This document shows positions 37,484-47,173 of a stretch of 64,000 bases of DNA, one piece after another. The position numbers were made by a program, and so were the translations under genes. The stretch comes from Verrucomicrobiota bacterium (GTDB taxonomy: Bacteria > Verrucomicrobiota > Verrucomicrobiia > Methylacidiphilales > JBCBYL01). The DNA lies in contig JBCDJI010000006.1 in assembly GCA_038748025.1 (NCBI GenBank), forward strand, positions 2,416 through 66,415, in the 5' to 3' direction. Each line of letters begins with the position of its first letter. Position 1 is the first letter of the stretch. The notes beneath the pieces are model-generated. The model was given only the letters and a program-made list of their open reading frames with translations, made no database searches and was not told the origin of the DNA.

Positions 37484-39352
37484 TTATTTTTTTCTGACCA
37501 GGATCAGCCAGTCCTGTTCCGGCGTGGCGGGTGCGTTTCCCAGTGATACGCGAGCACCGCCCGTCACTTTAGAGACAGAACCCGACTTTAGTGGCCCGCC
37601 CTGACGTGGATTAAACCATTGCACCGTGAAATCACCAGCAGCGGATTGCAGATTGATGTCCGTGCTACCCCCTCGAGTCAGGTAAACCAGATACAGTTCA
37701 TTGGCTTTTGCGAAGCAAAATTTATTATTTTGTTTTTTATTGGTGCTGATCAGGGCATTCGCATTGTCCATTTCCCAGAACGGGATCTGGTGCTCGCGAA
37801 AGAATCGCAAAGCAATGTTGCTGTATTCCCAAGTCTGGTCACGGCTACGCCAGTTTTCTGCGTTGAGATCATTTTCCGGCAGTTTGTATCCAAAATAGTA
37901 TTCCGTGCCGGTGCCGCCAGCCAGCAGGGTTCCCCAAAGAACGTAACTGCGCACTTCATCAATGTTCGGTATGGAAATAGGTTTTTTGGCCTTGGCATTT
38001 TTTTGAATGGCCTCAGCCACGCCCGGCCAGTCGGGATCAGGTGGACTGCCAGCGCCGGCATTGCCTGCTTCATCCATGGATACGATCCACTGGTGCCCAG
38101 AGCTTTCGGAGCGGGTGATCCACTCCAGCACATTTTTGTGGGAATCAACAACGTCACTGTTCTGAATCGAGACTCCGGTGAGGGTCTTAGGATTTCCCAG
38201 GTGCGGAGTATAGCGTTTTTCGTACTCGTTGGGATAGGTGTGTAAGACGACCGGGTGGCCGTAGGGATCTATTTCCCGCAGATAGTGCGCCATGGTACTG
38301 ATCTGCTCCAGTGATTGGGTATTCTCCTCTCCCAGATTCCAGTTCAATGCCAGATGATAGCCGAAACGTGCCACCATTTCCCTCAGGTAGGCTTTGCGCT
38401 GTGGTCCGAGTTCGCCTCCGTCCAGGGCATGTCTTTTGCCGGCCTCTTTCTTTCCATTGAGATCATCATTTTCGGTTTCCTGCAGTTTGAAGTGCAGGAA
38501 CATACCCTGGGCGGCTGCATGATCAAAAACCACGCCCCACTGATCCAGTTTGGAACAATCAAAGTGCAGCTTCTTATCCCGGCTGATGTGCGGCCAGACG
38601 TTATCGCCGTCGCCACCGGCATTGTAGGGGATAAATGAAAAGACGTTGGCACCTTTAGCTGCCAGATAGTTGATCGCACCAATCATCCCTTTGCCTTTAC
38701 CACTTTGCCATGTCGGGTCTCCGTTCTGCCAGTCCGGCACATGAGGAGCCCATGTTTTGAGTGGTGTGCCGTCAGTGACAGTTCCGTCAAAATCGGCATA
38801 GGCCAGAAAAGTTTCCGGAGAATCGGCACCGGCTTTCAGAAAATATTCCCCATTTCCTGCAAATTGCAGATAACGGGTTCCAGTGTATTGCAGCCGACCC
38901 TTTGCACGCAGGTCGCGACCGGTCTTATCACTGGCTGCGATCTCAAAGCTGCCGGTTATTCCGTTCAAGTCGGTATGCTTAAAATCCACCACATAGTTCC
39001 ACTTGCCTGTTTTGTCGGGTGACAGGTGCGCGCGCCACTGGTTACCTGCAGTAGCAGAAGTTTCCCCGGCATTACCATCGGCTGCAAAGTAAGCCGGAAC
39101 GGTATAACTGGGGGCACCGGATTCGTGCGTGAACTGCACATTCATCTCAAGATCAGTGAAGGGATTGGGATTCGTATCGGTTTCCGCAGCATATCGACCG
39201 TTAAAAGTGAGGGTAATTTTGTGCCATTCCTTCATCTCTCCGCCGATCGTAACCGCGTCACTGGGCGGAGGATCACCCAGACCATTCAGGATGAGAGTTG
39301 CACTGAGGCACAGAACTCCGAAAAAAGTCGTCAATGGTCTCATTGAAGCCAT
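37484..39352 (-). CDS. secreted DUF5060-domain putative glycoside hydrolase (TIM-barrel core, C-terminal beta-sandwich)
   Basis: Signal peptide. N-terminal WHKITLTFNG...NPFTD...YTVPAYFAADG...WRAHLSPDKTGKWNY is DUF5060-like. C-terminal FTVQWFNPRQGG is typical of this glycosidase-like family. Confidence 0.6.
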   Translation of the reverse strand: MASMRPLTTFFGVLCLSATLILNGLGDPPPSDAVTIGGEMKEWHKITLTFNGRYAAETDTNPNPFTDLEMNVQFTHESGAPSYTVPAYFAADGNAGETSATAGNQWRAHLSPDKTGKWNYVVDFKHTDLNGITGSFEIAASDKTGRDLRAKGRLQYTGTRYLQFAGNGEYFLKAGADSPETFLAYADFDGTVTDGTPLKTWAPHVPDWQNGDPTWQSGKGKGMIGAINYLAAKGANVFSFIPYNAGGDGDNVWPHISRDKKLHFDCSKLDQWGVVFDHAAAQGMFLHFKLQETENDDLNGKKEAGKRHALDGGELGPQRKAYLREMVARFGYHLALNWNLGEENTQSLEQISTMAHYLREIDPYGHPVVLHTYPNEYEKRYTPHLGNPKTLTGVSIQNSDVVDSHKNVLEWITRSESSGHQWIVSMDEAGNAGAGSPPDPDWPGVAEAIQKNAKAKKPISIPNIDEVRSYVLWGTLLAGGTGTEYYFGYKLPENDLNAENWRSRDQTWEYSNIALRFFREHQIPFWEMDNANALISTNKKQNNKFCFAKANELYLVYLTRGGSTDINLQSAAGDFTVQWFNPRQGGPLKSGSVSKVTGGARVSLGNAPATPEQDWLILVRKK

Positions 39353-39446
39353 AGGTTATAGGATAAAAGTATTCTATCAATAGAGAATCATCTATGATCT
39401 TAGCAGCAATTCTTGCCTGATGGCTGTGGATTCGCTGAGATAAATC

Positions 39447-40136
39447 ATGGTGCGGATCAAAGACATGCATGAAGGCGAGCGGCCGCGGGAGCGGCTGCTG
39501 TCGAAGGGGGCGGGGGCACTGTCCGTGCCGGAGTTGATTGCAATTATTCTCCGGGTCGGAGTGACCGGGAAGTCTGCAGTGAGTCTCGGTAGCGAGCTGC
39601 TCAAAAAAGCTGGTGGCCTGGACGGGCTCTGCCGGCTCTCGATAGAAGACATCACCAGTGTGAAAGGACTGGGTAAAGCTAAAGCGTGCCAGTTGAAGGC
39701 GGCGTTTGAACTCGGGGCGCGGCTCGCCACCGAACGGGTCAAGGCGTTTCCGGTGGAAACGCCGCAGCAGGTCATGGGACTGCTGGGAGATGAGATGCGG
39801 TTACTGGATGTGGAAAGCTTGCGGGTAGTCGCGGTGAACTCGCGACTGCATGTAAAAATTGTCGAGGAAGTCAGTCGCGGCACAGTTAATGAAACGGTGG
39901 CGCATCCGAGAGATGTGGTGCGGGTCGGGCTGATGCATAAGGCCTACGGTTTCCTGCTGGTGCATAATCATCCCACCGGTGATCCAAGACCCAGTTCAGC
40001 GGATCTGGACTTTACATTGCAGGTGCGGGATGCGGCAAGGCTGTTGCAGATTGAGTTTCTGGATCACGTGATCCTGGGTGTACCCGGCGACGGACGGGAG
40101 CCGTATTACTCCTTCAAAGAAGCTGGGTATCTCTAA
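39447..40136 (+). CDS. radC: RadC-family JAB/MPN domain protein
   Basis: ERPRERLL..GAGALSVPELIAIILRVG HhH region and the JAMM motif HNHPTGDPRPSSAD. Confidence 0.9.
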   Translation: MVRIKDMHEGERPRERLLSKGAGALSVPELIAIILRVGVTGKSAVSLGSELLKKAGGLDGLCRLSIEDITSVKGLGKAKACQLKAAFELGARLATERVKAFPVETPQQVMGLLGDEMRLLDVESLRVVAVNSRLHVKIVEEVSRGTVNETVAHPRDVVRVGLMHKAYGFLLVHNHPTGDPRPSSADLDFTLQVRDAARLLQIEFLDHVILGVPGDGREPYYSFKEAGYL

Positions 40137-40158
40137 AAAAGAGTGTTAACTGTTTCCC

Positions 40159-40953
40159 ATGAATATTCACGAACGGGCGATAGTTCATCCGACTGCATCA
40201 ATCGGTGATGGTACGGTCGTCGGACCGGATGCGATCATTGATGAGCATGTCACTATCGGTGCACAATGTGAAATTCGGGCACGCGCCATCATCACCGGGC
40301 ATACGACGATGGGTGATCGCAATCAGATAGGCTACCATGCAGTCATTGGTGCCGAGCCGCAGGATCTCGCTTACGATAACTCAGTCAGTTATGTCCGGAT
40401 AGGCAATGATAATATCATCCGGGAAAACACGACGATTCATCGCGGCACGAAATCCGAATCCGCAACCGTGCTGGGAGACCGGAACTATCTGATGAGCGGG
40501 GTTCATGTGGCGCACAACTGTCAAATCGGGAACGAAGTCATTCTGGTGAACAACGTCCTGCTGGGCGGCTATGTGGAGATTCGCGACTATGCCTTTCTCG
40601 GTGGCGACGTGGTGGTGCATCAGTTTGTGCGGATCGGGGAATATGTAATGGTACGGGGTCAGACCCGGGTCGGGATGGATATCCCACCCTATTGCATGGC
40701 GGCTTACACCAACGCCGTTGTCGGGCTGAACCGGGTCGGGCTCAAACGTCGCGGCTTTGATGCTGAGCAGCGTAAAACCATTCAACGCGCCTTTGATGTC
40801 GTTTTCAGGCAGGGCAATAACCGTGAGCAGGCAATGAGTGCGATGCGTGTCTTCAAAGGCCTGCAGACGGATGAAGTTAAACTGCTGATGTCATTCCTGG
40901 AGGGAACTCAGCGCGGGATATGTGATTTCAAGGAAGACCGGGAAGAGGATTGA
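40159..40953 (+). CDS. lpxA: acyl-ACP--UDP-N-acetylglucosamine O-acyltransferase
   Basis: Left-handed beta-helix hexapeptide repeats starting IHERAIVHPTASIGDGTVVGP, MSGVHVAHNCQIGN, and the C-terminal helical domain GLNRVGLKRRGF. Confidence 0.9.
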   Translation: MNIHERAIVHPTASIGDGTVVGPDAIIDEHVTIGAQCEIRARAIITGHTTMGDRNQIGYHAVIGAEPQDLAYDNSVSYVRIGNDNIIRENTTIHRGTKSESATVLGDRNYLMSGVHVAHNCQIGNEVILVNNVLLGGYVEIRDYAFLGGDVVVHQFVRIGEYVMVRGQTRVGMDIPPYCMAAYTNAVVGLNRVGLKRRGFDAEQRKTIQRAFDVVFRQGNNREQAMSAMRVFKGLQTDEVKLLMSFLEGTQRGICDFKEDREED

Positions 40954-41023
40954 AGTCAGAAAGAAGAGTTAATAATTAAGAAATGACCGGTTCCTGAACT
41001 TCTTCCTTCTGCATTCTTAATTC

Positions 41024-42310
41024 TCAGTTTAATTGGGTTTCCTCCCCTTCGCTGCGGGCGATCAGCACGGCACCGCAGGAATCGCCGAAGACGTTGACGG
41101 CAGTGCGGCACATGTCAAGGATACGGTCGGTAAACTGAAGCAGGGCGACACCGATGCCGATGAATTCTTCCGGCATTCCGACCGCGTTGAGAATGATCAG
41201 GATGGCCACCAGGCTGGCGGAGGGAATTCCTGCGACGCCGATGGAAGTTAATAACGCCAGTGCAACGACCGTAAACTGGGCTCCGAAGGAAATTTCCAGG
41301 CCAAAGAACTGCATCAGGAAAATAACTGCAATGCATTCATAGAGTGCCGTGCCATCCATATTGACGGTTGCACCCAACGGGGTCGTAAAGCTGGTGACGC
41401 GTTTACTGACACCGGCTTTATCGGTTAGGCATTCCATCGTCAGTGGTAGCGTCGCAGCAGATGAGGCAGTCGAAAACGCTGTCAGCAAGGCTGAGACCAT
41501 GGCCCGAAAATGTTTGAGAGGCTGCACCCGGGCAACCAGCTTGAGCAGCAGTGGCATCGTGATCAACAGGTGCGCCCCCAGTGCCAGCACCACCGTAACC
41601 GGGAACCAGACCAGCTTCACCACTTCGGTGATGTCGGTCTTCATGCAGATCGAGGCAATCAACGCAAACACACCAACCGGTGAAAAGGCCATAATCAGTT
41701 CGGTGATCCTGAGCATGACTTCATAGACCGCCTGCCAGAATTTTTCCATCGTTTCCCGCAGGTCGCCGGGAATGCGGGTAATGAAAAAGCCGAAGATGAT
41801 CGAGAATACGATCAGTCCGAGAATCTGCCCCTCGGCAGCGGCTTTGATCACGTTAGGCGGCAGCATGCGTTTGAAGATGGCTACGACATCACTGCTGTCC
41901 TTGCCGGCTGCTTTGGCCAGGGTTTCATTATCGGGATCCGGCAGCTCGAAGGCTTCATAACCGGGCTTACCGTTAATTATACCGGGTTGGAACAGGTTGA
42001 CCAGAGCCAGACCGATCAGGATGGCGATGGTGCTGGTGATGAGATAATACGACAATGTCTTTCCTGCCAGACGTCCAAAACCGGTTTCCGCTCCAATGGC
42101 AGCCATGGAGGAAATCACGGCAGAGACAATCAGCGGCACAATCAGCATTTTGAGAGCCTGAATGAAGAGTGATCCGACAAAGTCGAAGGTGCTGACTGCA
42201 GCACCGGATATGGGTTCCGAAGCAAAGGCCTGCAGACAGCTGCCGGTCAGGATGGCCAGCAGGATGGCAGCCAGAATTTGCAGGTAAAGCGGGAGTTTGA
42301 GTAATTTCAT
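41024..42310 (-). CDS. dicarboxylate/amino acid:cation symporter (DAACS/GltP family)
   Basis: [21 protein letters not shown]..., SSAATLP and NMDGTALYE motifs. ATG 42310-42308 overlaps the nadC stop (ATGA). The Arg/Cys-rich 59-aa extension in the longest ORF is rejected. Confidence 0.88.
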   Translation of the reverse strand: MKLLKLPLYLQILAAILLAILTGSCLQAFASEPISGAAVSTFDFVGSLFIQALKMLIVPLIVSAVISSMAAIGAETGFGRLAGKTLSYYLITSTIAILIGLALVNLFQPGIINGKPGYEAFELPDPDNETLAKAAGKDSSDVVAIFKRMLPPNVIKAAAEGQILGLIVFSIIFGFFITRIPGDLRETMEKFWQAVYEVMLRITELIMAFSPVGVFALIASICMKTDITEVVKLVWFPVTVVLALGAHLLITMPLLLKLVARVQPLKHFRAMVSALLTAFSTASSAATLPLTMECLTDKAGVSKRVTSFTTPLGATVNMDGTALYECIAVIFLMQFFGLEISFGAQFTVVALALLTSIGVAGIPSASLVAILIILNAVGMPEEFIGIGVALLQFTDRILDMCRTAVNVFGDSCGAVLIARSEGEETQLN

Positions 42311-43161
42311 GAGAGGATTTCCAGACTGAAGTCGAGGGCGCGGACAGTGTGGGTGAGCGCACCGACAGAAATGAAGTCGACGCCGGTGGCAGCCACCTCG
42401 GGAATGCGTTCCAGTGTCATATTGCCGGAGGCTTCCAGCGGAATCCGGCCTCCGGCACGCTCCACGGCCTCCCGCATCTCGTGGCATCTCATGTTGTCCA
42501 GCAGGATGCGGTCCACCTCCAGCTTTAGAAATTCATCGACCTGTTCCAGTGTATCTGCTTCCGCAATCAGCGGTGCATCTGGATCCAATGCCCGCGCCGC
42601 CTTCACTGCATCGGCAAATCCGGCGGTTCCGTTCATTCGTGCCACATGATTGTCTTTAATCATGAAGGCATCATAGAGCCCCATCCGGTGATTGAGACCG
42701 CCGCCGCAAGTAACGGCATACTTCTGCAATATTCTCAGGCCGGGGATGGTTTTGCGGGTATCCAGGATTTTGCATTTTGTACCGGCTGTGGCATCAACGA
42801 AGCGGTGGGCCTCGGTAGCAATACCGGACAGGTGTTGCAGAAAATTCAGAGCAGGTCGTTCACCGGTCAGTATGGCAGCTATCGGTCCTTTCAGTTCGAT
42901 CACCGTCTGTTCGGGCTCGACAGGCGAACCGTCGGCGGTGGTAACAGTAATGTTCAGCGCTGGATTGAGTTCACCGAAAACAGTCTCCGCCAGGGGGGTG
43001 CCGGCCAGGACACCCGCTTCCCTGCAAAAGATACGTGCGCTACCCGTAGCGGAATCCGGGATCAATGCTTGTGTGGTGAGATCCATCGGGCCCCTGTCCT
43101 CACGGATTGCCTGCCGGGCTGCTTCGTGCAGGATCGCAGGGTCTGGTACTGAGATGGACAT
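42307..43161 (-). CDS. nadC: nicotinate-nucleotide diphosphorylase (carboxylating)
   Basis: ILDTRKTIPGLR, KYAVTCGGGLNHRMGLYD, MIKDNH and LEASGN motifs. Length 284 aa. Confidence 0.93.
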   Translation of the reverse strand: MSISVPDPAILHEAARQAIREDRGPMDLTTQALIPDSATGSARIFCREAGVLAGTPLAETVFGELNPALNITVTTADGSPVEPEQTVIELKGPIAAILTGERPALNFLQHLSGIATEAHRFVDATAGTKCKILDTRKTIPGLRILQKYAVTCGGGLNHRMGLYDAFMIKDNHVARMNGTAGFADAVKAARALDPDAPLIAEADTLEQVDEFLKLEVDRILLDNMRCHEMREAVERAGGRIPLEASGNMTLERIPEVAATGVDFISVGALTHTVRALDFSLEILS

Positions 43162-43274
43162 GGTCAGATCATTTCAGGAAAACGGACAAAGGGGAATATT
43201 TTTAACGCAGCGGCGCGGAATTCGCAGAGCAGAAACCCATTTTATTATGTTTTCTCTGTGGTTAAAATTCCTGA

Positions 43275-44264
43275 GTGATTGAGGCGGTAACAGCAGAGAG
43301 TCTAGCCAAGGCCGTAAAGGCTTTGCAGGCAGGTGAATGTATTGGGCTGCCGACCGAGACGGTATATGGGCTGGCGGCGGACGGACTGAATCCGGAAGCG
43401 GTGGCAAAGATATTTCAGATCAAGCAGCGCCCCAGCTTTGACCCGCTGATCTATCATCTGGCTGCGGATATGGAATTGTCGACGGTGGCCTCCGATATTC
43501 CTGAAGAGGCACAGCAACTGGTCAAAACATTCTGGCCGGGACCGCTGACCCTGGTATTGCCCAAGCAGTTGACAGTTCCGGATGTGGCCACGTCCGGTTT
43601 ACCTACCGTTGCGGCACGCTGTCCGGATCATGATGCAGCCCAAACGCTGTTGCAAGCGTATGGAAAACCGCTCGCAGCACCTAGCGCAAACCGCTTTGGT
43701 CGGATCAGCCCGACCACCGCCCAGGCGGTGCAGGAAGAGTTAGGTGAGAGCATCACATTGATTTTAGATGGAGGGTCTTGCCGTCGCGGAATTGAATCCA
43801 CCATCATCGACTGCACGGGAGAGACTGTTAAGCTGGCGCGGCCGGGTTCATTGGCATTGGAAGAGATCGAGCAAATTACCGGGCCGCTGGAAGTGTTATC
43901 GCACGATGGCCCGCCCAGTGCACCCGGCATGCTCAAAAGTCACTATGCGCCACGCACGGTGCTGTATCTCTCACGCGAAACCTATCAGCCGGGGATGCGG
44001 GCCGGTGGCAACCACGGCTATCTGGTGCTGACCAATACCGGTCATCCTGCCAGAGACGTGCTAGAGTTATCGGGAAGCGGCGACCTGGTGGAAGCCGGCG
44101 TGCGACTCTTTGGAGCCATGCGTGAACTGGATGCGCGCAATTACCAATCCATCATCGCCTTTCCGGTGCCTGATCATGGCATGGGCCGCGCTATTAATGA
44201 TCGCCTGCAGAAAGCCGCCAGTGGTTACGTTGTCTGGCGGGAGGGGAATTGGATTTTAAAGTAA
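43275..44264 (+). CDS. tsaC: L-threonylcarbamoyladenylate synthase (Sua5/YwlC type, with C-terminal Sua5 domain)
   Basis: LPTETVYGLAAD, FQIKQRPSFDPLI, LAAPSANRFGRISPT. GTG start at 43275. Confidence 0.9.
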   Translation: MIEAVTAESLAKAVKALQAGECIGLPTETVYGLAADGLNPEAVAKIFQIKQRPSFDPLIYHLAADMELSTVASDIPEEAQQLVKTFWPGPLTLVLPKQLTVPDVATSGLPTVAARCPDHDAAQTLLQAYGKPLAAPSANRFGRISPTTAQAVQEELGESITLILDGGSCRRGIESTIIDCTGETVKLARPGSLALEEIEQITGPLEVLSHDGPPSAPGMLKSHYAPRTVLYLSRETYQPGMRAGGNHGYLVLTNTGHPARDVLELSGSGDLVEAGVRLFGAMRELDARNYQSIIAFPVPDHGMGRAINDRLQKAASGYVVWREGNWILK

Positions 44265-44349
44265 AAATGCAAAAAGTAGATTGCAAAATTACGGAAACCG
44301 CGAGTGTGTGATGCCGAGACTTTTTACTTCTGCATTTTGACTTTTGAAT

Positions 44350-45204
44350 TTACTCCACCCGCTTCCAGCCTTGATTACAGGCTTCTAGAATGCGGATTTG
44401 CGGCGGGTGCTGACCGGCGGCAACCAGTGCTTCAGACATAGATGCAGCGATTTCGTCCCAGTGCTTCAGTGTCAGAGCCATCACGGCGGGGCCGGCGCCA
44501 CTGATGAAGGCACCCAGCGCTCCAGCCTCTACGGCAACATCCAGTGCTTGCGCAGCACCCGGGATCATATCCAGCCGATACGGCTGGTGCAGTGTATCCA
44601 TAAAGGCACCGTCCAGCGTTTCATAACTTTCCGATGCAAACGCCGCGGTGATGAGAGCAGTATTCTGGATGTTGGTCACGCAGTCTTTGAATCTGATCTG
44701 CTGCGGCAGGACTTTGCGCGCATCGGAGGTTTCCAGCACAAAGTCGGGAATCAGAGTGACAAATTTGAGCTCATCCTTGACGGAAAAGCGATGGTGGTGA
44801 AGCGGTGAACCGGCCACGAATCCACCAAAACAGGCAGGAGCAGCATTGTCCGGGTGCCCTTCCAGTTCAGTGACCAGCCGGAACAGCGTTTCTTCTTCCA
44901 GGGGACGATCAAATTTTTCATTCAGTCCGGCGATAATACCCAGCCGGACGGTTACACTGCTGCCGAGTCCGCGTGAGCGCGGAACGTCACCGCTGATTCC
45001 GGTCTGGAACGCCTGGGATGCCTGGCCGGCGGTTTGATAGAAGATGTCCGCCGCAGCTTCGAAAAAAGGATCGTTCCAGCTTGCATCGGGTTCACCCAGC
45101 GTGATCCGGTTGTAAAGATTAAGCGCGACACCCAGCGCATCGAACCCCGGACCGAGATTGGCGGTGGTAGCGGGGACTTGGATGGTAACCGGATGATGCA
45201 ACAT
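44350..45204 (-). CDS. thrB: homoserine kinase
   Basis: VPATTANLGPGFDALG and the GHMP motif PRSRGLGSSVT. Start preferred at MLHHPV. Confidence 0.9.
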   Translation of the reverse strand: MLHHPVTIQVPATTANLGPGFDALGVALNLYNRITLGEPDASWNDPFFEAAADIFYQTAGQASQAFQTGISGDVPRSRGLGSSVTVRLGIIAGLNEKFDRPLEEETLFRLVTELEGHPDNAAPACFGGFVAGSPLHHHRFSVKDELKFVTLIPDFVLETSDARKVLPQQIRFKDCVTNIQNTALITAAFASESYETLDGAFMDTLHQPYRLDMIPGAAQALDVAVEAGALGAFISGAGPAVMALTLKHWDEIAASMSEALVAAGQHPPQIRILEACNQGWKRVE

Positions 45205-45243
45205 GATATACGATTTGCAGAATAACCTGAGCGGCAAAAGCGC

Positions 45244-46056
45244 TCAGGGAAAGCGAAAAAATGCCTCTGCCGTTGCAGTGGTTTCAGCAGCCAGCGCAGC
45301 CAGCGATTGTTTACGCGTCTGAGCCAGCACACGGGCGGTATCCGCCACCATGGCCGGTTCACAACGTTTGCCCCGGTGGGGAACCGGAGCCAGATAGGGC
45401 GCATCGGTTTCCACCATGAAGGATCGGGCCGGCAACTGACAGACTGTCTGGCGCAGGTCGTCGAGCTTTTTGAAAGTGGCGATGCCGGTGAAGGAAACGA
45501 GGTGGTTGTGTTCGATCAGGTATCGGGCCCGTTCGGCGGATTCGGAAAAACAATGGAAGACCGCCTGCAGTTTACCGTGGTAGGGGGCGAGTGCGGAAAT
45601 ACAGTCGTCCCAGCTGTCGCGCTGGTGCACCACTACATTGAGGCGTTCGCGCACAGCCAGCTCCAGTTGCTCGGTCAAGATATGCTGCTGCCGTGTTTTG
45701 ATTCGCTGAATCTCTGCATTGAAGTCAGCAGTCGTGTCAAAGTCACTGGATTTCGGCAGATGATGGTAATCCAGCCCGCACTCACCGATAGCGACGACTT
45801 TCGGATGGTGGCATAATTTCGCCAGTTCTGCGATTTCCCCATCGAAGAAACTATCATAGTTACAGGGATGGTGCCCGACGACTGCAAAAACGGAGTCATA
45901 GGTTTCCGCCAGTGCAATAGCTTGTTGGCTGGATTCCAGCGTGGTTCCGATCGAGATCATGCGGATGACACCTGCCGCAATGGATTGTTCCACGATGGAG
46001 TCTAGGTCATCCTGAAAGTCCGAAAAGTCCAGATGGCAGTGGGTGTCGATAAGCAT
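45244..46056 (-). CDS. tatD: TatD-family metal-dependent hydrolase
   Basis: MLIDTHCHLDF, GECGLDYH, VHQRDS and ETDAPYL motifs. Start preferred at MLID (46056). Confidence 0.9.
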   Translation of the reverse strand: MLIDTHCHLDFSDFQDDLDSIVEQSIAAGVIRMISIGTTLESSQQAIALAETYDSVFAVVGHHPCNYDSFFDGEIAELAKLCHHPKVVAIGECGLDYHHLPKSSDFDTTADFNAEIQRIKTRQQHILTEQLELAVRERLNVVVHQRDSWDDCISALAPYHGKLQAVFHCFSESAERARYLIEHNHLVSFTGIATFKKLDDLRQTVCQLPARSFMVETDAPYLAPVPHRGKRCEPAMVADTARVLAQTRKQSLAALAAETTATAEAFFRFP

Positions 46057-46120
46057 GGATAAAGTTATACATGTGACAGGCATCGTTGACACGCTTTCGT
46101 ATCCGGCTATTCCGGTAGCT

Positions 46121-46510
46121 GTGAAACGCGAAGAAATTTCTACTGATCAGGCACCCGCGGCGATTGGGCCTTACTCGCTGGCGGTCTCCACGGAAGGCAT
46201 GGTGTATACCTCCGGACAGATTCCACTGGTTCCCGACACCGGAGAATTGGTTACAGGCGGTATCGAAGCCCAGGCCAGCCAAGTGCTCTCCAATCTCAAA
46301 GCCGTACTGGAATCCAGCGGCGCGGATTTTTCAACCGTGGTCAAAACAACGGTCTTCCTTACTGATCTGGGGAATTTTGCGACGGTGAATGCGCTGTATG
46401 CAGCAGCTTTTGGTGAGACCAAGCCGGCACGCTCGACCATTGAAGTCTCGGCCCTGCCCAAAGGGGCTCTGGTGGAAATTGAAGCGGTGGCGCTGGTCAA
46501 AGAAGCATGA
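46121..46510 (+). CDS. ridA: RidA/YjgF-family reactive intermediate deaminase
   Basis: ISTDQAPAAIGPYSLAV...SGQIPL...ARSTIEVSALPKGALVEIEAVA. The GTG at 46121 gives a typical length of about 129 aa; the longer ORF (46043) would overlap the divergent tatD start. Confidence 0.85.
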   Translation: MKREEISTDQAPAAIGPYSLAVSTEGMVYTSGQIPLVPDTGELVTGGIEAQASQVLSNLKAVLESSGADFSTVVKTTVFLTDLGNFATVNALYAAAFGETKPARSTIEVSALPKGALVEIEAVALVKEA

Positions 46511-47076
46511 CGATGGAAGGCGAGGTTTTATTACAAAAATTTCGCGATCTGGGGGCACTGCTGGAAGGCCACTTCCTGTTACGATCCGGCTTGCACAGCC
46601 GTCAGTTTTTCCAATGTGCCCAGATGTTGAAGCATCCGCAACTCTGTTCGGAGATCTGTGCCTCCCTGGCGGAAAAGTGTCAGGACATCGAGGCGGATGC
46701 GGTGATCTCACCCGCACTGGGCGGGATTCTGGTCGGGCATGAAGTGGCACGTCATCTGGGGAAACCTCACATTTTTGCGGAAAAGAAAGCAGGGGTGCTC
46801 AGCGTCCGTCGTTTTCAGATTGATGAGTTCAGCCGGTATTTAATCGCCGAAGATGTGGTGACAACGGGCAGCGCGGTCAAGGAGGTCTGCCAGATTGTAC
46901 GTGAGGGCGGGGCCAAGGTAGCGGGTGTTGCATGCATTGTCGACCGCAGCGGGGATAACCCGCCCGATTTCGGAGCGCCGTTCATCCGTCTGTTGAAACT
47001 GCAGGTCGAGACGTTTGCAGCAGATGCCATTCCGGATGATTTGAAAGACATGCCGGCGCTGAAACCGGGAAGTTGA
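46507..47076 (+). CDS. pyrE: orotate phosphoribosyltransferase
   Basis: GHFLLRSGLHSRQFFQCAQ and the PRPP loop YLIAEDVVTTGSA. The start overlaps the ridA stop by 4 nt. Confidence 0.88.
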   Translation: MTMEGEVLLQKFRDLGALLEGHFLLRSGLHSRQFFQCAQMLKHPQLCSEICASLAEKCQDIEADAVISPALGGILVGHEVARHLGKPHIFAEKKAGVLSVRRFQIDEFSRYLIAEDVVTTGSAVKEVCQIVREGGAKVAGVACIVDRSGDNPPDFGAPFIRLLKLQVETFAADAIPDDLKDMPALKPGS

Positions 47077-47100
47077 CTGTGAAGATTTTAATATCAGGGT

Positions 47101-47165
47101 TGCTCAAAAACTAGGGACGGAGGTAAGTCTACTTAAGACTTACCTCCGTCCCTAGTTTTTGAGCA
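47101..47165. repeat. REP-like perfect palindrome (30-bp stem, 5-nt loop), long copy of the REP family at 62.85/63.59 kb; probable bidirectional terminator
   Basis: TGCTCAAAAACTAGGGACGGAGGTAAGTCT-ACTTA-AGACTTACCTCCGTCCCTAGTTTTTGAGCA, located between the convergent pyrE (ends 47076) and K+ channel (ends 47174) genes. It has an A5 run before and a T5 run after the GC-rich core. Confidence 0.85.
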
Positions 47166-47173
47166 ATATCATT

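Noticed and set aside
42311-42487. 59-codon N-terminal extension of the DAACS transporter ORF (MPRDAGGRGACRRPDS...).
   Set aside because: It overlaps nadC in another frame and is Arg/Cys-rich. A typical hydrophobic transporter N-terminus begins at the ATG (42310) that overlaps the nadC stop.
47091-47171. ATATCA words on both sides of the 47.1-kb REP hairpin as a possible target-site duplication.
   Set aside because: The left copy is separated from the palindrome by 4 nt while the right one abuts it, and a 6-mer match in AT-rich spacer is expected by chance.
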